From an uncultured archaeon (lineage in GTDB: Archaea; Iainarchaeota; Iainarchaeia; Iainarchaeales; 0-14-0-20-30-16): a DNA stretch of 6,560 nt. This document shows positions 1 to 5,253 of this stretch, in pieces. The notes under the pieces are model-generated. The model worked only from the letters and a program-made list of their open reading frames with translations, ran no database searches and was not told the DNA's origin. The DNA lies in the NCBI GenBank assembly GCA_964565125.1, contig CAZMCX010000043.1, positions 1 to 6,560 on the forward strand. Direction: 5' to 3'. Each line of letters opens with the position of its first letter. Position 1 is the first letter of the stretch. The translations under genes and the position numbers were made by a program.

Positions 1-24
1 AAAAGGCAAATTAATCACAATAGC

Positions 25-32
25 TTTTTATA
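25..32 (+). promoter_or_regulatory. TATA-like box (TTTTTATA) for the 54..1034 gene, consistent with a leaderless mRNA
   Basis: TTTTTATA is centred about 25-26 nt upstream of the ATG at 54. No Shine-Dalgarno-like purine run lies between the box and the ATG. The spacing matches the archaeal TATA position (-26/-27 from the TSS) if transcription starts at or next to the ATG. Confidence 0.35.
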
Positions 33-53
33 CTTCTTTTTGCTTAATTTTAC

Positions 54-1034
54 ATGAAGTTAAGGACGGGTTGGAGAAAACATTACGGGCAGCAAAGAAA
101 ATTCCAAATTAGAAATTATCGACAAGAAAGAGAAAGAGCATTAGAAATAATTAATACTCATGGGCCTGTAACTGCAGAAGAACTGGAATCTAAGCACGGC
201 TTTGCTAAAGGAAAGGCCGGAAAGATACTGCTGGATTTAGAAAGAAGTGGACTACATAAACCACCTGAAAAAAGAGCCTTAAGCACAGGCCAAAAGCCGG
301 GGTCTATTTTACGCAGGCAAAATCTAAAGACTTTATTAGATAATGGCGCACAAATTAGCAATATACTTACACTCCCACAATATTCTGGAGTTAATGGACA
401 ACAATTATTACGCCGTGATCTTGAAGGAATAAGAAAATATTGGAATGCAGAATATTCTTTACACAAACAAGATCCAATAACTCCAAAAGTAAAAAAGTTG
501 GGGGAATTTATTACACAAGACCCAAGAGCATCAACCCAAGATATTGCAAATTTTTTTAAAGTTGGTGTCACAGCAATAAGAAGATGGTTATCGGAAGTTC
601 CACAGCACATTAAAGACCTTAGAATTTATCCAGGCAATAGATATTCGGTTGGAGAGCTTAGAAAACAAAATATTACTATTCTTGTTGAATATTTAAAAGG
701 CACTAAACTAGACGACATTGCTAAATTGTTAAATGATGATTTAAGGAAACACGGGCTTAATGCAAGTCTAAATAGATTAGATATTTCTGAAAGACTTAGG
801 CGGGGTGCAAATAAAGACAAACAACTAGTTCGTACAAGGCCTTCAGGAACAACAACTTTTTCTTTAGCTGAACTATCACAACAGAACCGACTAATAGTTG
901 ACTTGGTAGCAAGGGGATTGAGACCCACGGCAATATCAAAAGAAATAGAAAAAAATTTAAGGCAAGTTGTAACTCCAGACCAAGTAGATGCGAGATTAAG
1001 ATATTGGAAAAAAAGAGATCAGAACAGGAAATAA
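54..1034 (+). CDS. Multi-HTH DNA-binding protein (about 5 tandem helix-turn-helix-like modules), family not recognised
   Basis: 981-nt ORF with ATG start and TAA stop. The translation shows a wHTH-like module (aa 24-66, ALEIINTHGPVTAEELESKHGF..ILLDLERSG). It also shows a classic HTH (aa 143-181, LGEFITQDPRASTQDIANFFKVGVTAIRRWL). Three mutually similar LuxR/GerE- or sigma-r4-like modules begin ILRRQN (aa 85), ELRKQN (aa 201) and ELSQQN (aa 273). The opposite-strand ORFs are Cys/Ser-rich and look like junk. Confidence 0.75.
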   Translation: MKLRTGWRKHYGQQRKFQIRNYRQERERALEIINTHGPVTAEELESKHGFAKGKAGKILLDLERSGLHKPPEKRALSTGQKPGSILRRQNLKTLLDNGAQISNILTLPQYSGVNGQQLLRRDLEGIRKYWNAEYSLHKQDPITPKVKKLGEFITQDPRASTQDIANFFKVGVTAIRRWLSEVPQHIKDLRIYPGNRYSVGELRKQNITILVEYLKGTKLDDIAKLLNDDLRKHGLNASLNRLDISERLRRGANKDKQLVRTRPSGTTTFSLAELSQQNRLIVDLVARGLRPTAISKEIEKNLRQVVTPDQVDARLRYWKKRDQNRK

Positions 1035-1069
1035 CAAGAAAACAATCTATCGGCTAAATCGGCTTTATG

Positions 1070-1098
1070 TCAAAAACTCTTTTTTGAACAACAAAAAA
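1070..1098. terminator. Shared terminator region for the convergent genes: A/U hairpin plus an oligo-T run on each strand
   Basis: TCAAAAA (1070-1076), CTCT loop, TTTTTGA (1081-1087) form a 7-bp inverted repeat. There is a T6 on the + strand (1080-1085), 46 nt after the TAA at 1032-1034. An A6 at 1093-1098 gives a T6 on the - strand about 32-37 nt after the RuBisCO stop at 1130-1132. Confidence 0.4.
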
Positions 1099-1129
1099 GA
1101 TTTTAGGCCCTGAAACAATTTAATGTAAG

Positions 1130-2437
1130 TTAAATTGGTTTCATGGTTCCCCATTTCTCTAATGCTTTTGCTAACTCTTTATGAGTCTTTGAATATTCTT
1201 TCAACTCAATTCCTTGCCTGTGGGCTTCTATTGCCTGCATCATTGCTTTTGATCCTGCCTCAATTCCATCTGGATGGCCTTGTGTTCCACCACCCAATTG
1301 TAAACCAATATTCATAGTTCCATAAACATCCAAAACTGCTGGAATTAACCCCGGATGCAGACCCCCAGAAGATATTGGTAAAGAAGGCTTTATCTTACCC
1401 CATTTCTGAGCCAACCTTATGTTTTTAATTTCTTCAACTTTGGGTTCCATTATCATATCTTTCATGGCCATTATCTCTTTTTCATTGCCTTCAAGCTTTC
1501 CAACAACTGTACCTGTGTGAATATTGTCCACACCAATTAGCCTGTAAAGTTTTGCTAAGAAAAGCATAGAAATTCCCTGGTCCGGATTCTTTGTAAAAGC
1601 AGCATGCATTGCTCTATGCCCATGTATTGCCATTTTGTAGTCATAGCTCAATTCTACAGCAGTTCCAACAGCTGTAAATCCAGCAACTACTAGATCTAAC
1701 ATAAAATAATTAAATCCATAATCATGAACCATTTTAACTCTTTTTTCCATTTCTTTCAGATTTGGTGAAGTACAGTTAATAAAAGCATCTTTTACATCCC
1801 CCGTATCTTTCATCACCTGATCTCTTACTTTTGCAAGATATTTTACTCTATCAGCAAATTTGTTAAACTTTTGATTTGTTAGGTTCTCATCATCTTTAAC
1901 ACAATCAATTCCACCACTCCAAACTTGCTTTGCAACAAAATAAGCGTGCTCCTTTGCAGTATACCCCACTTTAGGTTTAGGAACAACAGAAGTTATCGGC
2001 CCGTGTTTTCTTTTGAATATTTTTTGTATTGCTGTTTGCCCGAACTTGGGCCCTTTAAAACCGTTAACATAATCCACTGGGAGCTCGGCATCTTGTAGCC
2101 TTAATCCTTCTACCGCCTTCATTCCAAAAATATTTCCTGCAATCCCAGATAACATACAAGGCACAGAGCCATCTTCAAATAAAATTCGGGGATATGCAAT
2201 TTTAACATAATCTTTATCGTATTCATAACCATATGCCATTACTTTTTTCAAAAGCTTAGGTTTATTAGTAAGAGTTGTCCAAGTTCCAGAAGAACTCTCT
2301 GATGCAACTCTCCCAATTACTTCTTCTTTAGTCAAGCCATCTGCGGGCTTATATTTAAACAACGCCTTAACATCGTTATTTTTTGGTTTATATTTTTTAT
2401 TTACAAATTCGTGATACCATTCAATCTTTTCAGCCAT
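1130..2437 (-). CDS. rbcL: Ribulose-1,5-bisphosphate carboxylase/oxygenase large subunit, form III (archaeal type)
   Basis: 435 aa. All RuBisCO signature motifs are present: ESSSGTWTT (E47/T52/W53), GNIFGMK (N102) and VVPKPKVGY (K154/K156). GGIDCVKDDENLT carries the carbamylated Lys K181 plus D183/E184, with codons at 1886-1897. Also present are IHGHRAMHAAF (H274/R275/H278), HTGT (H307), loop-6 GKLEG (K314), SSGGLHPG (S357/G358/G359) and LQLGGGT (G382/G383). Length, the C-terminal KTHKELAKALEKWG tail and motif spacing match the archaeal form III enzyme (Thermococcus kodakarensis type). No small-subunit gene is nearby. Confidence 0.96.
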   Translation of the reverse strand: MAEKIEWYHEFVNKKYKPKNNDVKALFKYKPADGLTKEEVIGRVASESSSGTWTTLTNKPKLLKKVMAYGYEYDKDYVKIAYPRILFEDGSVPCMLSGIAGNIFGMKAVEGLRLQDAELPVDYVNGFKGPKFGQTAIQKIFKRKHGPITSVVPKPKVGYTAKEHAYFVAKQVWSGGIDCVKDDENLTNQKFNKFADRVKYLAKVRDQVMKDTGDVKDAFINCTSPNLKEMEKRVKMVHDYGFNYFMLDLVVAGFTAVGTAVELSYDYKMAIHGHRAMHAAFTKNPDQGISMLFLAKLYRLIGVDNIHTGTVVGKLEGNEKEIMAMKDMIMEPKVEEIKNIRLAQKWGKIKPSLPISSGGLHPGLIPAVLDVYGTMNIGLQLGGGTQGHPDGIEAGSKAMMQAIEAHRQGIELKEYSKTHKELAKALEKWGTMKPI

Positions 2438-2442
2438 AAATA

Positions 2443-2448
2443 CACCTC
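2443..2448 (-). promoter_or_regulatory. Shine-Dalgarno (GAGGTG) for rbcL
   Basis: On the - strand the sequence reads GAGGTG tattt ATG. The motif is complementary to the 16S 3' end, with a 5-nt spacer to the ATG at 2437. Confidence 0.6.
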
Positions 2449-2524
2449 AAATAACTCCAGTAAAAATAAGTACAAGCAAAACCACAATGATAAGTATCAA
2501 TAAGTATAGCAATACTCGGCCCAT
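2447..2524 (-). CDS. Candidate 25-aa single-TM micropeptide (MGRVLLYLLILIIVVLLVLIFTGVI), not in the supplied ORF track
   Basis: Hand translation of the reverse complement of 2447..2524 gives an ATG, 24 further codons and a TGA. The peptide has a basic N-terminus (MGR) followed by an uninterrupted hydrophobic stretch. GTGAT (a partial SD) lies 3 nt upstream of the ATG. The TGA stop overlaps the rbcL SD (ttTGAGGTG), 9 nt before the rbcL ATG. It could equally be a chance ORF in a T-rich promoter or leader region. Confidence 0.25.
   Translation of the reverse strand: MGRVLLYLLILIIVVLLVLIFTGVI
2466..2516 (-). promoter_or_regulatory. Repeated ATAAGTA motif plus small palindrome upstream of rbcL (candidate operator/promoter elements)
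   Basis: ATAAGTAT occurs at 2490-2497 and 2500-2507, a 10-nt register. ATAAGTAc occurs at 2466-2473. There is also an inverted repeat AGTAT(2503-2507)-AGCA-ATACT(2512-2516). On the rbcL sense strand these read TACTTAT. TATA-like strings (cTTATTTTTAc, gcTATACTTA) coincide with them. Confidence 0.25.
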
Positions 2525-2535
2525 AAAATCACAAT

Positions 2536-2542
2536 AAAAAAA
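2536..2542 (-). terminator. Oligo-T (T7) run downstream of the MFS gene
   Basis: A7 on the + strand gives T7 on the - strand, 18-24 nt after the MFS TAA stop (2560-2562). The - strand context is CTTTATTCTTTTTTTATT. Archaeal terminators are typically simple oligo-T tracts. Confidence 0.35.
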
Positions 2543-2559
2543 GAATAAAGCAGTTTATA

Positions 2560-3762
2560 TTACTTTCTTTTAACAAAGAAAACAAGCAGGAAACTTATAA
2601 CAATAAAAAATACCCCTAAAGATATATACACCTCTCTAAGCCCATAAATCTGTGCGATTAGACCGCCTACGACTGGGCCAATAAAATATCCAAAATCAAT
2701 AAAGGAGTCCCACAAACCAACAATTTTCCCTTTCTGGTGTTTATATGACAAGTCAACAATAAGGCCATTCAATGATGGGAGGAACATTGCTGCCCCCAGA
2801 GAATATAAAGCTGCAAAAGCAAATAATAAAATTATGTTTCTTGTGCTTACAAAAAGAATTAGACTCATACCAATACAGATCATTCCAGAAAAAAGTATTT
2901 TCTTCTTTCCAATTTTATCAGCAATTAATCCAAATAAATAGGAAAACAAAATTCCAGGAAGTGAGAAAAAAGCCATCAATAACCCTGCAAGAGATAGGGA
3001 TAAACCTAAACCGCCAGAAGTACAAAACAACGGTTCAAAAATATAGATAACATTATCTAAAGCAGTAAAAGTAAAAGCATAAAACAGTAACAATAATCCA
3101 AACAGACCAAGATGTTTCAATTCTTTTAAATCTTTCAAAAACGCAGAAAAGTTAAAACATTTTGGAATTGCCTTAAGCATTGGTTTGTGGTTTGTTTCTG
3201 CAATAAAAACTATTACAACTAATGCCGCAATTCCAAACAATAAAGCATAAGTGCTTACAATGCCACTATACCCTAAATATAAAAATAACGCACCACATAT
3301 TATCGGTCCCAAGGTTTCGGCAATATCTTTAATTTCATTAAGTAAACCATATTCTACGGACCTTTTATTTTTATCAGTATAGGCCGCAATATATGCATCC
3401 CTTGGAACACACCATATTTGATAGGCAATTCCCCAAATTAAAAGCAGTATTGCCAAAATCCAATCTACTTTAAAAACAAAAATTAAAGACGCGGCAATTA
3501 TTGACAATATTGCACCAGTAACCATCATTTTTCTTCTACTAGTTGCATCGGCCAAATTACCTAAAGGCCAGTCAAATAAAAATCCGCCTAGAGCAACTAA
3601 TGACAACAGCAATCCAATTTCAAAATAAGATTTTCCCAAACCCTCAAAATAAACCGGAAGAATATATCCAAACATCCTATCTGCAGTCAACCAAATCAAA
3701 GTTGCAAGAAGAATTACTCCAAACTTTGACTTTACTAGGTGCCCATATTTTATTAAGTGCAT
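2560..3762 (-). CDS. Major facilitator superfamily (MFS) transporter, substrate unknown
   Basis: About 400 aa and almost entirely hydrophobic, with about 12 predicted TM segments. MFS motif A occurs in both halves: GNLADATSRRKMMV (aa 70-83) and GLIADKIGKKKILF. The track ORF starts at a TTG (3768). The first ATG is 2 codons later (3762-3760) and is preferred here. Confidence 0.9.
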   Translation of the reverse strand: MHLIKYGHLVKSKFGVILLATLIWLTADRMFGYILPVYFEGLGKSYFEIGLLLSLVALGGFLFDWPLGNLADATSRRKMMVTGAILSIIAASLIFVFKVDWILAILLLIWGIAYQIWCVPRDAYIAAYTDKNKRSVEYGLLNEIKDIAETLGPIICGALFLYLGYSGIVSTYALLFGIAALVVIVFIAETNHKPMLKAIPKCFNFSAFLKDLKELKHLGLFGLLLLFYAFTFTALDNVIYIFEPLFCTSGGLGLSLSLAGLLMAFFSLPGILFSYLFGLIADKIGKKKILFSGMICIGMSLILFVSTRNIILLFAFAALYSLGAAMFLPSLNGLIVDLSYKHQKGKIVGLWDSFIDFGYFIGPVVGGLIAQIYGLREVYISLGVFFIVISFLLVFFVKRK

Positions 3763-3779
3763 ATACAAAAATACGCAGC

Positions 3780-3795
3780 AAGGTTAAAATTCCTT
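3780..3795. promoter_or_regulatory. Symmetric A/T box AAGG-TTAAAATT-CCTT centred between divergent ATGs (candidate bidirectional TATA/BRE)
   Basis: The box centre (3787.5) is 25.5 nt from the MFS ATG (3762, - strand) and 26.5 nt from the methyltransferase ATG (3814, + strand). The flanks AAGG/CCTT are inverted repeats, giving a purine-rich BRE-like element upstream of the box in both orientations. Neither gene has an SD. Confidence 0.4.
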
Positions 3796-3813
3796 ACTAC
3801 AATATAATCATAT

Positions 3814-4746
3814 ATGCAAACACAAGAGATACCAAAACTGTTTTTAGAAAAAATTACGGAAATACTTCCTGAGAAAGAAATAGAAGATTTTAAGAAGGCA
3901 TTAGTTGAGCCGCCACTTAAATCATTCAGGGTAAATTCCCTGAGGGCAAGCCCTAAAGAAGTCAAAGAATCTTTAGAAGCAAAAGGATTCAAATTAACAC
4001 AAATGAATTGGTATACGTACGGTTTTTTTGTTAATTCTTTTGGTGCATCATTAGGAAACACTTTGGAGCATTTTTTAGGAAAAATTTATGTTCAGGATGC
4101 AAGTTCTATGCTCCCAGTAATTCCACTAGAAGCAGAAGAAGATGAATCAATCTTAGATCTTGCTGCGGCCCCCGGATCAAAAACTACTCAAATTGGGATG
4201 GATATGAAAAACCAAGGATTAATTATTGCAAATGAACCAAACCAAAAAAGAATTCAAGCATTACAAGATAATTTAGAAAGATTAGGAATTATAAATACAG
4301 TTATCACAAGAAACGATGGAAGATATTTTAGAAAAATGCCAGACGCATTTGACAAAGTATTATTAGATGCCCCTTGTTCTTTGGAAGGTACAATGTTTAA
4401 AGATGAAAAAATAAAACACAGGTGGGGCCCAAATTTCGTCAGCGGTTCTGCAAAACTAGAATATGAATTATTAAAAGCAGCAATTACGGCAACAAAGTCA
4501 AAAGGAACAATTATTTATTCTACTTGCACAATTTCTCCAGAAGAAAATGAATTAGTTGTTAATAAGGTATTGAAAGAATTTGATATTGAATTAAAGCCAG
4601 TTGAATTTAAGGGGGTTAACCAATCAAACGGATTAACAAAATACAAGGATTTTGAAATAGATAAACAAATAAAGAGGTGCGTAAGAATATGGCCACACAA
4701 AGCGAAGATAGGGGCTTTTTTCCTGACAAAAATAATGAAAAAATAG
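3814..4746 (+). CDS. RNA (cytosine-C5)-methyltransferase, RsmF / NOL1-NOP2-Sun family, N-terminal plus catalytic domains only
   Basis: 310 aa. SAM-binding motif I is LDLAAAPGSKTT (aa 115-124). Motif IV is DAPCS (C188, TGT at 4375-4377). Motif VI is YSTCT (C238, TGC at 4525-4527), followed by EENE. The family-typical end RIWPH....GAFFLTK is present. The N-terminus SFRVNSLR....GKIYVQDASSMLP is typical of RsmF/RsmB-like enzymes. The ORF ends at TAG 4744-4746, immediately after an A6 run. Confidence 0.92.
   Translation: MQTQEIPKLFLEKITEILPEKEIEDFKKALVEPPLKSFRVNSLRASPKEVKESLEAKGFKLTQMNWYTYGFFVNSFGASLGNTLEHFLGKIYVQDASSMLPVIPLEAEEDESILDLAAAPGSKTTQIGMDMKNQGLIIANEPNQKRIQALQDNLERLGIINTVITRNDGRYFRKMPDAFDKVLLDAPCSLEGTMFKDEKIKHRWGPNFVSGSAKLEYELLKAAITATKSKGTIIYSTCTISPEENELVVNKVLKEFDIELKPVEFKGVNQSNGLTKYKDFEIDKQIKRCVRIWPHKAKIGAFFLTKIMKK
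4674..4679 (+). promoter_or_regulatory. Internal Shine-Dalgarno-like GAGGTG upstream of ATG 4689
   Basis: GAGGTG lies 9 nt upstream of the ATG at 4689-4691, in the frame of the downstream ORF and inside the 3' end of the methyltransferase gene. It also encodes the conserved K-R-C-V of the upstream protein, so it may be coincidental. Confidence 0.35.
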
Positions 4747-5225
4747 AATACAAATTACTTAGCAAAAAGGAAGAGCTAGTAATTTTCAATTATCTAGACT
4801 CACAATTTGGAATTCCTAGCAAAGCTTTCAACGGTTACGAATTTATAAAAAGGGGAAAAGATCTTTGGATTTCTACAAAAAAATCAACACAGGCACTTGC
4901 ATTCATCAATTCCGGATTAAAAATAAATACAATTGGTTTAAGGGCTTTGCGTAACCCTTTTGACGACAATAAAAAGGCAACAACAAATTTTATTCAAATC
5001 TTTGGAAAACAAGCAACAAAAAATCTTTATCAAATAAAAGAATCTGATTTATTGCCATATTTACGTGGAGAAGATCTTGTATTAAAAGAAAATTTAGAAA
5101 GAGGTTATAAAATTATAAAGTTCGGAGATGAGATTGTAGGGGTGGGCATATGCTTAGATAATAGAATAAAAAATCAAATCCCAAAAAGTAGATTTATAAA
5201 AAATTGGAACCTAAAAAGTATATAG
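4689..5225 (+). CDS. RsmF C-terminal region (linker domain plus PUA-like RNA-binding domain) encoded as a separate, frame-shifted ORF
   Basis: The track ORF 4677..5225 starts at GTG. The first ATG is at 4689 and there is no other Met in the ORF. The C-terminus GYKIIKFGDEIVGVGICLDNRIKNQIPKSRFIKN matches the RsmF PUA-like signature (E. coli ..[26 protein letters not shown]). DLWISTKKSTQALAFINSGLKINTIGLRA and LLPYLRGEDLVL parallel [27 protein letters not shown] and AEEWYRGRDVY of E. coli RsmF. It overlaps the upstream gene by 58-70 nt in a different frame. Confidence 0.8.
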   Translation: MATQSEDRGFFPDKNNEKIEYKLLSKKEELVIFNYLDSQFGIPSKAFNGYEFIKRGKDLWISTKKSTQALAFINSGLKINTIGLRALRNPFDDNKKATTNFIQIFGKQATKNLYQIKESDLLPYLRGEDLVLKENLERGYKIIKFGDEIVGVGICLDNRIKNQIPKSRFIKNWNLKSI

Positions 5226-5253
5226 ATATTTAAGAAGGGATTTTGTTAACTTA

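Noticed and set aside
733-789. C/D-box sRNA-like spacing: ATGATGA (733-739) and CTGA (786-789) about 57 nt apart.
   Set aside because: No internal D'/C' boxes and no terminal complementary stem are present. The segment is in-frame coding sequence (LNDDLRKHG...ISERL) of a well-supported ORF.
158-928. Two long antisense ORFs (158..610 and 626..928, - strand, same frame) covering most of the 54..1034 gene. This is unusual openness for AT-rich DNA.
   Set aside because: Their translations are Cys/Ser/Phe-rich and low in complexity, with no motifs, whereas the + strand product has coherent HTH modules. In that antisense frame, stops require sense-strand (T/C)|TA or T|CA across codon boundaries, which this gene's codon choice largely avoids. 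They are shadow ORFs.
1049-1064. Direct repeat ATCGGCT aa ATCGGCT in the convergent intergenic region.
   Set aside because: There are only two 7-nt copies, with no associated inverted repeat or further copies in the window. This is too short to distinguish from chance, and it was noted only as locally GC-rich.
3803-3808. Perfect bacterial -10 hexamer TATAAT 5 nt upstream of the methyltransferase ATG.
   Set aside because: This is not excluded but not favoured. No -35-like TTGACA lies at 17 +/- 1 nt (the sequence there is aaggtt). TATAAT is expected by chance in about 30% GC DNA. The -26 box geometry recurs at three genes. It should be revisited if the contig proves bacterial.
4744-4746. Possible TAG read-through or pyrrolysine recoding to join the two methyltransferase ORFs.
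   Set aside because: Reading through TAG in frame gives NTNYLAKRKS and then a second TAG. It never enters the frame that encodes the PUA-like domain. Only a -1 shift or a 1-nt insertion joins them.
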